NCBI GenBank assembly: GCA_965645245.1
Contig: OZ287078.1
Coordinates: forward strand, 372,001 to 436,000
Length of the DNA: 64,000 nt
Reading direction: 5' to 3'
Source of the DNA: Massalongia carnosa
Lineage: Eukaryota
This document shows, piece by piece, positions 1 through 14,505 of this stretch. Both the position numbers and the translations under genes were made by a program. A model generated the notes under the pieces. The model was given only the letters and a program-made list of their open reading frames with translations, had not been told where the DNA came from and did no database searches. Position 1 is the stretch's first letter. Each line of letters begins with the position of its first letter.

Positions 1-1546
1 GTATTCGCGGATGCTAGAGCGGAGATCAGCAGCGGTGCGGGCGAACCAGCGACGTTTTTCGTGCAAGAGGTTTGCAGTGACACGTTGGGTCTTCTGGGCC
101 AGGTATAGTTCGTGGCTCCGGGCTTCATCGAGGGCGCTGATGGCCTCATCGACCTTTTCGCGGCGCACCGAGCTCTTAGCTTTGAGGCGATCGGCGTCAG
201 CGAGCTTGCTGCGGGTAGCTTGTTGGGCGGAGATAAGGTCGCGGAGGAGGATGTGGCGGTTTGTTAACGTTTCTTTGACGATGAAGGCGTCGGAAGAGTG
301 ATAATTCAGCGGATCGCCGAGGGTGGTGGCCTCAGCAGTCCCCTGAGCGGCGTGATAGTCACCAGTTGTTTGAATGATTTTCCCAAGTTTACGGTAAGCA
401 GTTGCGAGGCCAGGATGATCTTCCTGGACATGCATGATACCAAGCTTGACACCCAGATCAGATTCAGCCAGACCAAGTCCTAGAGTTCATTAATTTAACT
501 GCTTTGTATAGCCCTAATGTAAGCTTACCTCGTCGGCTTTTAACGACGCGATCAACCTTTTGCGCAGTTTCCATAGCGCCCAGGTAAAATAGCTTCACTA
601 TTGGTCTAGCTTCATGAAGCTCAGGGGTATCGTCAGGTGGAGGCGCAAATTGTTTTATCACCCTTCTTCGTACCCCCGTAGCTGGTTGCTTCATCCTCAT
701 TACGGGACTATAGCCAGAGTCACTCTCAACGAAAAGAACCATTTCGTCATCTCGCATCAGCACGTCGTTTCCGCATACATAGTCAAACCATCTTTGCAAA
801 GAACTTTTCACCCGGCTCTCATCTTCATCTGTTCCCACACCAGCTGCGGTTAACGGTGGCGGAACTGCTGGTACAAAAGCCTCGGGATTCGAAGATATCA
901 GGTGGTCGGCGAGTTTGACGAACTCCGAATGCGTTCGGCGGACATCTCTGAATTGAGTAGTACGGAATTTTGGCAGATTTGTCTTCAATGTAAGTTAGCC
1001 TTAAAGACTCCAGAGAAAGCAATCATAACATACATGTACATCGAATCTCAAGACTGGATCTTTCCTCCCTGTCCGCTCTAGGCCGGCAATCTTTGCCTGA
1101 AGCTTATATTGTGGCAGAGGTTGCCTTTGAGCCGGCCGAGTACTCCCATGATATCTATTTGGTCCCACTGCTCTTTGGTGTGTCTGGGGCTGTTGAGACT
1201 GCTGGTGGCGATGCTGCTGTTGCTGGTGCTGATAGCCTTCTTCGTCCGACGTCACCAACCCTTGGGACCTATCTGAAGAGGTCCCATTCTCCGGCTGTGA
1301 ACCCATCCTGTTGCCTTCCCGCTGCTGATTAGCTCCATCTCCTAGGGTTTCCTGATCGCTTCCACCGTCATCTAACGGTCGCTGGGAGGCATACGTATAG
1401 GACGAGTGCTGTGCCAATGCGGACGAAGGCCTGCTACCTGCTTCTGATGCTGTGAAGCTTTGTCTGCTATCGAGCTGTGGAGAAGATTGCCATGGTGAAG
1501 TGCCTGCAGGTAAATCCGGATCGCTGGGTAACGTAGAGTAATCCAT
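1..1546 (-). CDS. VPS17: Retromer sorting nexin Vps17 (PX + BAR), 3' end beyond the window edge
   Basis: ATG at 1546. Introns 983-1033 (GTATGT...AAG) and 480-528 (GTAAGC...TAG) give ...GRKDPVLRFDVH|TNLPKFRTTQFRDVRRTHSEFVKLADHL..., which I recognise as fungal Vps17. The frame stays open to position 1. Confidence 0.93.
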
Positions 1547-1926
1547 TACGAGGGCTTGAAACTTCTCTTCGCAGTCCCAAGTTGGATAGGAGACTGAAGC
1601 GGGAAGTGGACAACCTCGGACAAGTCAGCTCAGGGCGAGAATCCTGTGATTGAGCAATCGAGAATGAAGCTGTAGTTATGTTACCGAGGTTGAAACCACA
1701 ATTTATTGCTGCGTCTCTATCATCATCATGTATACCGAAAATACGAGTACGAATCGCCTAGCGGGGCCATTCTGTAGATGTTCCGGACATAGTTAGATAT
1801 CTCCATCTTGGTGCAGCTTAACCTGGCGTCAGTCTCCCGTTTTCTTTTTTCTTACCACTCTCCTTGAATCTCTCATCGTACACTATTTCTTCATGAAGTG
1901 CTCTTGTACGCTCGTGCCCTTCATAG

Positions 1927-4795
1927 ATGCTTTTGAAAGCAAGAATTTCTCGCTTTTGGCAAGAGAGTTACGTACCAAGTTTAGTGCATAAAAGACACTT
2001 CAATGTTACCGCTCTCAGAAAAACTAAACAGGCGTCACACAATGAAGAAGATTCAATCGAGAGAACCAGAAATATTGGCATCATTGCTCATATTGATGCC
2101 GTAAGTTTCTGCGTTGAGTTTGTCTCTTTCAGCGACTAATCCTGAACAGGGCAAAACTACCACCACTGAGCGTATGCTGTACTATAGCGGTTATACTCGG
2201 CGGATAGGGAGTAGGTAATTCATATTTCTTTCGCGCGTGAGAATCAATCCCTTCTTAAATATTGTGCAAGTAATAGAGTTACGTACATACGCTACAACAA
2301 GAGGCCGTTGAATCACTCTTGTTAGCAGTACGGTCTAACGCCATTCTATAGACGTAGATGATGGTTCTACGATTACAGATTTTCTACCAGCTGAGCGCGC
2401 TAGAGGAGTGACAATTCAATCAGCCGCGATATCATTCTACTGGCCTCCATTAGGGCAAGAAGGAGAAGAATCGAAAATCCAAGGACCTGGCGTTTCCTTA
2501 CTTCCTCATAACATTAATTTAATAGATACCCCTGGTCATGCAGATTTCATATTCGAGGTTCTTAGATCTTTGAGGATACTCGACGGCGCCGTGTGTATCC
2601 TCGATGGGGTCGCAGGTATAGAAGCCCAGACGGAAAAAGTCTGGCTTCAAGCGGCCAAATACCAAATTCCCAAAATCATATACGTCAACAAGCTTGACCG
2701 GGACGGTGCTTCTTTTGGAAAGACTGTTAAAGAAATTGCTAGTCGCTTGCATACTTGGCCCGCTGTTTGCCAGATTCCCTGGTGGGAAGGGGGGAAGGGC
2801 CGGTTCATGGGTATTGGTGATGCTATTAGTCTTCAAGCTTATCGATGGGCCGATAGCGGAGATGGCAGAATGTTTGAGGTAGTTCCAATTGAAGATCTTA
2901 TCACGGATTTGCTCTTTGGTGAAGAAGTCAAGAAGGCGAGAGTGGCTTTGATCGAGCTTTTAAGTGAGCATGACGAGGATATGGTTGACAAGTATCTTGA
3001 ACATGATGAAGATCATTTGGCAATCCCGCCGGAAGACGTGATAGCTAGCCTCAGAAGATGTGTCATCACTAGTATGGCAAGGATTGTTCCTGTGTTTGCA
3101 GGTGCGAGTTTTCGAAATATTGGCGTCCAACCTTTACTCGATGCTATTGTTCAATTGCTGCCAGCTCCGAACGAAGCCCCTGACGCCGAAATTAGCTTAA
3201 GCGGCATAGACGGGACCCTGAAAGACCTCCTGGATGGTAAACTTATTGCTCAAGGCACGCAATCGAAATCGCGATCAAGTAAAATAGTAAAATCGTCTAA
3301 ATTGCCAGGCATGGCTTTGGTTCAGAATTTGGAAGCCTGTGCATTGGCGTTCAAAGTTGTCCATGATCCTAGACAGGGTGCTCTGGTATATGTACGAGTG
3401 TACTCTGGCCAAATAAATCGCAACGCATTACTTTACAACACCAATCTTCAAATGTCTGAAAGAGCAGTAAGACTGCTAAAGATGTACGCTTCGGATTCCG
3501 TCGATATCTCTGAGATTTCGGCGGGCCAGATCGGAGTTATTCCTGGATTAAAATATGCACGAACAGGTGACACTCTGCTATCATACACAGGGTTAAACCC
3601 AAAGACGAAACCACCAGCCCCCTTAGACTCCCTTCAGCTACGACCAATCGAAGTGCCCCCAGCGGTTTTCTTCTCAAGCATTGAGCCCAATAGCCTAAGC
3701 GATGGAAAAGCAGTAGCGAGTGCCTTAGCCCTACTGATCCGCGAAGACCCAAGCCTACAGCTCTCCGTCGACGAAGACTCGGGCCAGACGCTTCTCAGCG
3801 GGATGGGGGAATTCCATCTTGAAATCGCGGGCGACCGGCTGATCAACGATCTCAAAGCTAGAGCATTTATGGGGAAGATTGAGATTGCCTATCGCGAGGC
3901 CATTTTGAAACCTTCGCTTCCGGAAACTTACAACTTTGACAAAGAAATCGCCGGGAAGCGCCGAAAGGCCGGCTGCATAGCCTCCGTTGCTCCTTTATCC
4001 GAGATTCCTAGCACTATCGAGCCCGTGGACGAGAACGTGCACTCTTCGATCCAAGATGGAAACATCATCACAGTCTCTTTCCGCGCCCCCCCCTTCTCTC
4101 CCTCGTCTCCAACTGAAAACCTCCTTCCCCCCCACCTCCCCCTTTTCGTAGTTCAAACAGCCCTAACAAATGGCGCCATAGCCGCCCTAAGCCGAGGCGT
4201 CACGCACTCCTTCCCTCTCCGCAATACGCACGTGTCCTTAACCTTTGACCCGGCCGCCCATCTCTTTGGCCCAGACACCACACCCGCAGCACTCGCCTCC
4301 GCTTCACGCTTAGCAACCAAAGCGGCTCTTCGCGCCACTGCGGCACAGGCTGGATCGGCACTCTTGGAACTCGTAATGAACGTTCGCATCAGTGTTGACG
4401 ATGCCAGTCTGGGCGCTGTCTCAAGTGACATCTCATCCGCCAGAGGCGGGCACATTGTCTCCCTCGACGAGGACTCTATCACGAGTGGGGAAGAAATCCC
4501 ACACATTGATTTCCGCAAAGTCTACACCCCTCCCGACCCATTCGGGGGTCCCTCCTTCCCATCCCCACCCTCGCCTACGGCAACCGGGTCACGCGCGGAC
4601 GAAACCGAAACTGAAACCTCCCCCCGCCACCGCACGATCACCGCCCGCGTGCCGCTGAAGGAAATGATCGGCTACCTGAAGCACCTCCGTAGCCTGACCG
4701 GCGGGCGGGGCACCTTTGTCATGAGCGCGGATCGGTTCGAACGCGTGGTGGGGGCGCGAGAGAAAGCCTTATTAAAGGAGTTGAGGGGGTTTTAA
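1927..4795 (+). CDS. MEF2: Mitochondrial ribosome-releasing factor 2 (EF-G2)
   Basis: [25 protein letters not shown] (intron 2101-2149), intron 2211-2351, then [12 protein letters not shown] and [13 protein letters not shown] motifs. Basic N-terminal presequence. Confidence 0.93.
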
Positions 4796-4949
4796 GAGGC
4801 TTGCAGGAAAGGAGGAAGCGTTGGTTTAGTAGTGGTTGGGCCTCATGGCTTGTTTCCATACTGTAGGTTACATCCGTACTCCTCACTTATCCTTCCCGTT
4901 CATGAGGTTTCTTTCGAGGTAAACGAATAAACCCACTTGAACTGGAGAA

Positions 4950-5420
4950 TCTAACCTATCTTATCTCTCACTTACGGATCCCTTCGACTTGACTTGACTT
5001 GTTCGATTGCTGTTTCCGAGACCTAGGTCCTATATTACCTACTTACCTGCATATTTACCTACATACTTCCTATATACTGTACTACCTACGTATCATCCAG
5101 CAACCAAGCATGTACTGCCTGTTTACATACTTCCTTCCATCTCTCCTTACATACATACATACCTATTTACTTAGCCTAGCTCAGTCTGCCAACTAAACCT
5201 CCCTCCCTATCTCCCTTACCCCTATCTATCTTATCTATCTTTCTATCTTACCTACCTATCTACCTCTCTATCCTCCCTTCCTATCTTAGCTATCTATCTT
5301 ACTTATCTATCGATCTCCCTACCTACAACCAAGCGCCAACGAATCCATACATGCAAGTCCCACCACACATACATGCATGCATGCATGTAAGCATAGCACG
5401 CACGCACGCAGCAAGTTATA
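4950..5420. repeat. Low-complexity tetranucleotide tract (CTAT/ACCT/ACAT/GCAC-like)
   Basis: Runs of tatc, acct, atac, gcat and gcac motifs with no credible ORF. Confidence 0.75.
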
Positions 5421-8215
5421 AATAGTCCATATTAAGATATTTGCTGTGTTTAGCTAAATACGTTTTGAATTCTTATGAACTTTTCCCTAAATCTTTTTCT
5501 TTTTCTCTCCTTTCTTTCTTTCGTCTCCTTTTTTTCTCTTCAGGTCTTCGGCTAATGACAACCGCGACGGCGATGACGACGACAGCGGCGGTAAATTGGG
5601 CTAGGCTAGAGGCTAGACTAGACGTCGAAGAAAGGGGAAGGAAGGAAAATGGGAAATGATAATAAAAAAAGTTGGGGATGGGGGTTTTTAAAGTTCATGA
5701 TGATGAAACGGTTTGGGATTTTTTTAGTTGAGTGGGTTGGGGGGGAAGTTTTATATTTATTATTATTATTATTGCGGGGAATGGCGATGGGGATGGAAAG
5801 GATAAGCCGGAGGGGGAAAGGTTAGGATAGGAGTGAATAGGGGAAGATGGGTGGGATAGTATCGGTTGCAGAGAGCATACTAATATGTCAATCGTTCTGG
5901 GGAAGCCCAAGAAGGGGGAGGTGGAGAAAAAAACATACCAATCAAAGACATGGTCAACGAACTAGACGCTGAAAGAACGAACGAACGAAACCGCTGCACA
6001 TCAAGTCTTCAAACCAACAGATTCTCTCTCGGCAGAAATTAACGGCTGGCTTAGGAGGTTTCTTTGGTTTGGCTTGTCTATCTGGCTCGCTTGCTGATGT
6101 GTTGATATGGCAGGATATAGTGAGTGGGTGAGTAGGATTGGGTATCTGAGATGAGCTTGGTTGACGCCCCTACTTACTTGCTGGTTACAGTGAGTGAGAA
6201 AACGGACGAAGACATTTTTAGTTAGAGCTTTTGTTCATGTTTGAATGAAAAGGGTTTCTGTAGCTTAAGAACCCCCGGATGGGTTCAGCTGAAGGTGTTA
6301 CTCCAGGAGACCAGTAGATATTTGTTGCTAAAGTCCATTTCTCATCGTTTCCAACTCATGGCGCTGAATCCAGCAGGGGAGCAGGATGAGTTAGAGATAC
6401 GCTCTGCACGACGTGCCGTACCCTACTTTCTTTTTCGTGTCCTATACGCTCTATCAGTCACGCATGCTCGAGTTGCCGAGAAGCCTCCTCACAGGCCATT
6501 GGGATACAGAACTACGTACAGTCTCGGTGAATTTCGCACAGCAAAACCAGCTACCGAACCAACAAGTCCATCGTGCCCAGTCATCTATACACCGGCTCAC
6601 GATCAGTCAAATTGTGACTTTCTCACTCACCCGGAAATACTTCGAATAGCTAGTGGTTTGATGCACAGCGGTGCATAATAGACGGGGAAACGTACATCTT
6701 ATTGCCCCGGGCACTGAGAAAAGTCGGTCTAGCCTGTTATAAGAACATACTATGATGGGCATAGCTCTTCTACAACCACCCGGCTGAAGATTCCGCGGCA
6801 AAGGAAGCGAATGGCCATGAATGGTAGTCACTGCTTTCCTGGAAGGGTCTGCTATGCTGGAAGGGGGATCGACGATGTAATCTGGGATGGATTCAGTGCT
6901 CGTAATCATTTGAGCTTCAACATGCTCGTCGATAGAATCCGCTCACCTTCCGAACTAGCTGTTTCTGGCGCGAGAGATGCCTGCAGCGGGAGATCTAAGG
7001 TTGCAATGATTAGCACAAGTAATTTTCTGCAAATTCTGCTGGGGATACCTTTCTTAGATGAAATTTGAGTATCGCTATGTCACTAGAAAGAATGCTGTCG
7101 GAGACGCCGCTCCCGGAGCCAACGAAGCCGGAATTATTGATTTGGAACGGTTCTTCACGCTCCTTTGGCGACTTTGCCAAGTCCATCTCCTCTAAAGGGT
7201 ACGAGGTGTCTGGTGTCGCTGCCAGAAGCGATCCGAATGAGGTACCTGAGCTCCACATGAAGGGACTGTCTAAGTTTGAAGCGGATCCTGGGAAATCATC
7301 TGAGATTTCGTGTATGAGGCATGGTTTTGCAACTCATTGATAAACGACAAACCTTCCTCCAACCTGGGGAAGGGCATGGACAATCCTTGCGATGCGCGCC
7401 ACAGAAGCAAGAACCACAAAGCACTGACAGAAACATGGCATAACTGCTACTCCTACGTACGCAGAATAAGGGGAAATGCTAACTGAGATCGCCCATCTTT
7501 TATGTAGTTTTCCGCCCAAGCAGGCAGGGTCCGGTAGCCTTATTCGGACTTTTTACGCTCGATGAAACCGAACGAGGTTCCTTTTCTCCAAGAATAGGTA
7601 CAAGCTGTGGCAAGTCCTGGAAGCAAGAAAGTTCTAAAAGCCAGTGAAGTACCGGCAACTGTTCGGCAAACAGTATGAAGAAAAGCTTGATGAACTCCGA
7701 TGTCCTAAGATTCTTATCGTGTAGGTTCCACCATCCCGTCTGACGGGATGGCGATGAGAACATATTAGTTAAATAGTCCAAAGAATTCCAGTTCATCCCT
7801 GCCCTTAGATGAATTCCAGTCTGCATAAAGGTGAAAGGATCCAATACAGGATATAACGGTGGCGAGGCATAATGCTGGCTATTTGAAACAGAAACGAACG
7901 TCAAGGTTGATGAGACAGACTAGTATCATCTACCATTTGCCGCTACAGATGAACGTTGACAGTGGAGAGAATGACTGGAGAACAGATAATTATCATATTA
8001 ACGTGGAAACCAAAATCCAGGAGTTCGAAAACAATCCCAAAAAGCGATCTATAGGAAGCATCCCTTTCTATAACCAAGATTCTAAATCTCTGTAACTCAA
8101 CGCTGCTTGCTTGACATACAGAAATACCTACAACTGCAACCCAAACCCCAGCATCATCCTGCCTTTAATCAGCCAAAAACACCCCCGCCCAGAAAGATTC
8201 AAGAAAAGAACCTTC

Positions 8216-9522
8216 TCACCACTCCTCCCACCCTTCATCTTTCCCCCCTGGTGCAGCTCCCGATCCTGTCCCTGTACCAGGTTTCTTAACTGCCACCGTC
8301 CCAATCGCCGAACTGCCTCGCCCCTTTGCCGCTTCCGTCCTCTCCTCCCCGAACGAATCCCAGAAATCCCTCCGTTCAGGCTCCACCTTTCCACTTACCG
8401 CGCTTCTTCCCGTGCTGGCCCCAGGAATGGGTGTAGGGGTTGGACCGTCGATGAGCTTGGAGAGTTGTTCTGCAGCGCCTTTGGTGCCAGACTGGATGTT
8501 TTGCGCGAGGGAAGATGCGGTGAGACGGGCTTGAGAGGAGAGGTCGGTCTGGGCGATCTGTGGTTTTTGGGAAGGAAGGGGATTTAGCGAGGGTTTGGGG
8601 GAGGAGGCAGGCGATAGCTTTGAGGTAGGATAAAAGATCTGCGCTTCCAGGAAAAGAAAATGAGTATAAGCATACCTTCTGCGCCGTCGGCTGAATCCAT
8701 CCATCATTCACTGTCTTCGCTCCCCTCCCCACTGTTGTCGTGAACCATCCCAACCCCTTCGTCAATGCCGCCACCGGATCCTTCTGAAACTCCACCACCC
8801 CTGGCATGCTTCCTCCATCCCCCGCTCCTCTGTCAGGTGCCGAGGAAAGGGCTGGAGGCTCGCTGCCAAAACCGGCATACTTACCCCCCTGCGATGGCGG
8901 CAAGTCGGCTGGTCGGTTCACATTCTCGCCGCCCTTTCGAGCGAAGAATGCCTCGTTCTGTTCCTTCCGCCTCAGTCCCGCACTCATGCCAGGCGACGCG
9001 GTGCGAAGGGGGGACTCGGTGCGCGTCGGTGTCATCGTAGAACTCTTTTTCGGTCGCGCAGGCAAACCCATATATTCTCTCCCCTCAACTTTACACGCTA
9101 ACCTCTCCTTCCACTCCTCTCCCACCTCGCCTCCATACCTCTCCTCCAAACTAGTCTCATCCCACACACTTTCTCCGACCCTTCGTTGCTCCTCCCAAAA
9201 GGTCCGCCATGCATTATTCCCACCTAGGTCCATGCGCGCCATCTCCGCCCCTTTGAAGGCGTCCATGGTAATGCTACGGACGAAGGAGATGTGGACGCCC
9301 AGCCCACGATGCCGGCCGGCACATTCGAGACAGATGAAGGTGCCGAATTTGGGCGATGCCCATTGAGGGGATGCGGCGGGGCAGTCACAGCAACGGTCGT
9401 TGCCAGAAAGTTTTTGAAGGGCAAGGAGCTTTAATAGTGATGATAGAGCCGTTAGCGTATTAGGTGATGTGGAGGGGGAGAACCATTACTTTGCTCTTGG
9501 TTTCGGGGTCCACCTCCCACAT
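8216..9522 (-). CDS. GCS1: ADP-ribosylation factor GTPase-activating protein (Gcs1/ArfGAP1 type)
   Basis: MWEVDPETKSK|LLALQKLSGNDRCCDC...WASPKFGTFICLECAGRHRGLGVHISFVRSITMD (ArfGAP zinc finger), then LPPSQGGKYAGFGS and C-terminal DEGWEEW. Introns ~9429-9489 and ~8558-8675. A short upstream exon cannot be excluded. Confidence 0.92.
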
Positions 9523-10105
9523 AGTTATGAACTGCCCCGCATACGAAGCGTTGGGTATTTGGAGGAAAAGAGGAGATCAAGGTTAGATGCAAGCCATTAC
9601 TTGTTTGAAATGGGTACAGACTCAAGTGGTAGAATATGGTATCGACAAATGCAGGTAAGGCTTATTATGGGCAAGTCGCAGATTCTCCTATCGATAAAAG
9701 ACCATGCGCATCACATCTTCACATAGATCCATATCATTGCGTTCCTAGCGATGAACGATTATCTCGCTTTTTCATTCAATCATTTTTGAGAGAAATGAGC
9801 TCTAATATACAAGCATCTCCGGTTAAAGGTAGAAAAACACTGTAAGAAGTAAAATTCGTCAAGGTGGTAGTACAAGCAGGCCATCTGCAGTCCTGCTGGC
9901 AAGATAAAGCTTCTAAGAACCCTTGAGAAAAAGGAAAAAAAAGCCACTCTAAATGCCAGGCAAGAAAACCGTAAGGGCCAGCTGCCACCTTCATTGCCGT
10001 CATAACTATCCCACCAAAAAATTCCCCAAACGCTCCGCTGATCTAGCCAACACAACAATCATATTCGATCGTTATCGCTGACGATCAGCGGTCATTTCTG
10101 TTACT

Positions 10106-11371
10106 TTAGGCCTCGGCAGTGGCAGGAGAATCGTTCGCTTGAACCACTCCGTTCTCGGTAGCAGGTTCAGTCCCTGCAGCTTCTGGGTCGACGTCTTCTT
10201 TACCTGGGCTATCGATGGCGACTTTGACGGCAATCTCACGACCATCAACTTCCGTGCCATTCATTTCATGAACAGCCTTTTGCTGCAATTCCTCGGAGCC
10301 ACAGGAGACAAAACCAAAGCCACGACCCTTGCGGGGCTCGTTACGAGCTTGCAACTTTTTTACCATGAAACGAGGAATAGGACGAAGAGCAATCTTAGCG
10401 GCAGTTGGCTCGTAGGCTTCGAAGAGCTCCTTCAGCTATAGAAATACATCAGTAGTCATTCAGTCATCCTCTGGGTAAATGATCACAATTGGTTACCTTC
10501 TCTTCACTAAGATCATACGGAAGATTGGCTACCATGACCTTGTTCTTGGAGGGAATCCCATCTTCTGGGGGCCCCCGTTGCTTTGGCTGTCTAGGTGCAC
10601 GAGGCTTACTCTCTGTGCCAGCCTCCCCTACTTGGGTGGGTTCGGCGGAGGCCACATTAGTGATATCGGCCAATGGAGCTGGAGATGCTTCCTCGGGAGC
10701 ATTAGTGGGACCGTCGGCATTGTTTTGACGCTAGAATCAAAATATATGTCAGTTTCAATATACTGGTGTTGTGATGTGACAGTAATACTTACGCTACGAC
10801 CACCACCACGGCCTGAGCGACCACCACGGCCACGGCCACGTCCACGACCACGGCCCGAGTTTCGACGTCTACCTCCTTCTCCGCCGCTGACACCCTCTCC
10901 TCCGCTAGCGGCAGCCTCGGCTTTTTCGGCAGCAGTCTCTGGCTTGCGGGCACGCTGTACAGACACTTTTCTCTCCCGGATTTCCTTCCCAGACAGCTCA
11001 GTAATAGCACGTTCGGCCTCTTCAGAAGTTGTGAGATCAACAAAGGCGTAGCCAACCGGACGAGTGGTACGAGGGTTAGTCGGGATGGAGGTTGACTCGC
11101 TAGACCAGAACATTAGCAAGCAATACCAAGACAACGGAATGCTGTCTTACATGGAGAAGCCAACGAAAAAGTCTCTTAGATCCTCCTCGGTAGTCGCATA
11201 CGCGAGGTTTCCAATGTACAGACGACGACCCTCTGCTGCACTTGCAATCACTGCTTCATTCTCAGCAGCATTGATCGGTTCACCCCCAGTGACGTTGTTT
11301 GCACCGGTTTCAGCAAGAGGAGTGATGTTGGTCTCAGCCAGGACATTGGTAATATTATCTACGGCAGACAT
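10106..11371 (-). CDS. Two-RRM RNA-binding protein with a central RG/RGG tract (Sbp1-like architecture)
   Basis: RNP2/RNP1 motifs RLYIGNL...VGYAFVDL and KVMVANL...RGFGFVS, with GRGRGRGRGG between the domains. Three introns (~11100-11149, ~10732-10792, ~10437-10496). Confidence 0.9.
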
Positions 11372-11993
11372 GGTTGAACGAGACTGAGGATTAACTTAAG
11401 CTGAGCTCTTGAGACGGGGGAATCTGTTCAGAAGTTTGACCAAAGCCGTTTGGTGGAAATATATTGACCGGAGGAAAACAGAGGGTAGCTAAGTGCCCTA
11501 GATGAGTGTTTGACGGGGACGAGAAGAGTTTGAGGTGCGTTGCAGCGTGACTGGATTGTCAGTTTTGATTGAGGAAGAAGAAAAAAGTGAAACGGAAGGG
11601 GAAGAAATGACGGAAGTGATAGAAAATTAAAGTATTTTTGCGCTAATGCGAAGTGAACTCCTTAATAGGGAAGGCGCGAGCAAGCTCCCTTGTGAATGAA
11701 CACTATACGCGGAGAGGAATATCTTCTAACCGATTTAACGAGTGTTAGGTAAGCAGCCTTAACACGATATCAAATTAGGTAAGCCGGTAAGGTGCCAAAC
11801 TATCTTCACTCGGCGAAATAATACTTAAATCGTCTTCGATATGACCTTAAATTTTTAACATTCGTATACCCATACCAATCGACAGTCGTGATGTTCAGGT
11901 TGGTTATTTTACAAGGTTCCAACTTTCATGTAAAGTCGTTAAGGATTTTCGATACCTTTCGTTTCTAGGACTGAAGGGAATGATCTAGCCGGT

Positions 11994-14122
11994 ATGACCA
12001 CGATGAATAGGGTGCTTGGGAGATCGGCTCTAGTTGCATATGGCTCAGAAACAGGTAACGCGCAAGATATTGCAGAGGAATTGGGTCGAATCGCAGAACG
12101 CCTTCGTTTTTGGACCCGGGTATCATGTCTAGACGCCGTGGAGCTGGTGTGTAAAGCTCAAGATGTCAGGATACAGGCACTGAAACTCGCCAGGCGGATC
12201 TGTTAAGCTATTCCGTTGTAATTATCGCCGTCTCAACCACAGGTCAGGGTGACTTGCCGACGAACGCTCGTAGGTTCTGGAAACATTTGCTTCGAAGGAG
12301 ACTGCCGCCGACCTGTCTGGAAAAAGTCCAATTCACGATATTTGGATTAGGAGATAGTTCTTACCCAAAGTAAAACCTATCTCCGAAATTTGATATTTCC
12401 TCAGATACTGACCGAGTGAGATTCAATTTCGCAGCCCGTAAACTTTCCAAAAGGTTGCTGCAATTAGGGGCGTTTGAGATCCATCCTCGAGGCGAAGCAG
12501 ATGAGCAACATCCTGAAGGGTACAATACGCTTCGTGTCGAGGGTTTCAAGCTATCATCTGACTAATAACCCAGTCTCGATGCTTTCTTCATACCCTGGTC
12601 GGCTGCTCTACGAAACAATCTCCTAGCTCGATTTCCGTTGCATGAAGGTGTTAGTCCCATCCCAGAGGATGTTTTGCTTCAGCCAAAATGGACTCTTTCT
12701 CCTGTCAATGATCCCTTGAGTGCATATGAGAATGATCTTTCCGACAATGGTTTGAACAGCAATTCTCGCATCACCGGCCCATCCCGAGGAGCAAGTACAG
12801 CACCAAGAGTCTCGTTCACTGGTTGTACTCCAAATGAGAACAGCAGTCATGAAGTTTTTAGCCTTGATGTAACTTTGGAACAGAACCAAAGATTGACCTC
12901 AAATAGCCACTGGCAAGACGTTCGACATATTGTTTTTAGCAGTTCTTCGCTGGCTTCCTATGATCCGGGGGATGTTCTAACGATTTACCCTAAGAACCTT
13001 CCAGAAGATGTAGAGCAGCTAATCCTAGCTATGCACTGGAGGGATGTTGCAGACGAGCCTATTCGGTGCGTCTCGACACAGCCATTGCTTGGCGGTAACC
13101 CAAGCCGCAACCTGTCAAGTCCTAGCTTTACATCATCTGAAATCACCTCCTTGCGTAAATTACTGACTGATCATCTTGATTTTATGGCTATACCCCGGCG
13201 TTCTTTCTTCTCTATTATTGCCCATTTCACTCAAGATCAGTTGCAGAAAGAAAGATTACTTGAGTTTACTAAACCAGAATATATTGATGAATTGTATGAC
13301 TACACCACTCGGCCAAGGCGCAGCATCCTCGAAGTCTTGCAAGAATTCGAGTCGGTTCAAATTCCCTGGCAATGGGCTATCGGTGTACTACCAGAACTAC
13401 GCGGTCGTCAGTTCAGCATCGCAAGTGGAGGGAAATTCAAACGTCGTAAGGAGGGCACAGCCAGCTTCGAATTATTGGTTGCTATTGTAAAATATCAGAC
13501 TGTTATCAAGAAAATCCGTGAAGGGGTCTGTACTCGATACCTCGCTGCACTGACTCCTGGAGCACAACTACAAGTGTCTTTGCAAAAGGGAGGGTTGGGT
13601 GTCTTGAAAGACGAAGCTAAGTATCCAGTAGTATTGATTGGACCAGGTACAGGGGTTGCACCTATAAGATCACTTATTTGGGAAAGGCTACAATGGGGAG
13701 ACCAAATAAGCAGTCAAGCTCAAGATAGCAATAGGTGCAACAGTACTGAAGTAAAGAATGGAGTAGGAGAGACTGTTCTGTTCTTTGGCTGTCGACGGCA
13801 GGACGCCGACTACTTTTTTCACGACGAATGGAAGAAATTAATGGGTGATATGTCGTTACAGGTCTTTACGGCGTTCTCACGTGATCAAACCCGAAAGGTT
13901 TACGTTCAAGACCTTATCAAAGAGCAATCCGAGCTGCTTTTCCGGTTACTTCGCCATAGGGGAGGGATTGTTTACGTATGCGGTTCCTCTGGGAATATGC
14001 CACAAGGAGTTCGTGCGTCGCTGGTTCAGGTTTTCAAGATCAACGGCATGGATCAAGAGGCGGCTGAGGAATATATACAACGGATGGAAAGAGATGGGAG
14101 GTATAAGCAAGAAACATGGTAG
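11994..14122 (+). CDS. TAH18: NADPH-dependent diflavin oxidoreductase 1 (Tah18/NDOR1)
   Basis: Flavodoxin motifs YGSETGNAQD, STTGQG and FGLGDSSYPK|FN; FAD/NADP motifs RQFSIAS, GPGTGVAP, FFGCR and YVCG; C-terminal QETW. Introns 12147-12193, 12370-12420 and 12520-12573. Confidence 0.95.
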
Positions 14123-14505
14123 TGCTAATGGCATCGAGCATTAAAAAGCTTGAGATTCCTTAAAACGTTCGGCTCACTCCAAAGTCTAGCTCCTTTCTAA
14201 CTCTCACCCTCCGGTGCCAGATGATCTTACACGGATTGCATACTAAAGTAATTGTATTCTTTGCACATAGCCCTCCAATCTATATAGTCCTGCCACCTTT
14301 TTTCCTATCATCATCCAGGGAAGAAATTACAGAAGATTAAACAAAGCTTATCGAATGACTCCAAGCCATCCATGCCCACAATCGCAAATCTCGTACTCCC
14401 ACAATGTTCTGCCTTTCAATCCTCGTTCCTAATTGGGGTCGAAGCTCCGATCGCTAAGGTCCTTCACAATATTTTAACAGTTCACCTTAATGTCGCTGCG
14501 ACACT

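Noticed and set aside
5695..5951. Minus-strand ATG followed by a GTATGT...TAG intron-like segment
   Set aside because: The product would be short low-complexity sequence; no further support.
7731..7751. Perfect 10-bp inverted repeat CCATCCCGTC-T-GACGGGATGG
   Set aside because: Single short palindrome with no associated structure or context.
6241..7904. Several overlapping 60-145 aa ORFs, some Cys-containing, possibly a decayed minus-strand gene
   Set aside because: No recognisable domain or consistent exon chain; cannot be supported without a search.
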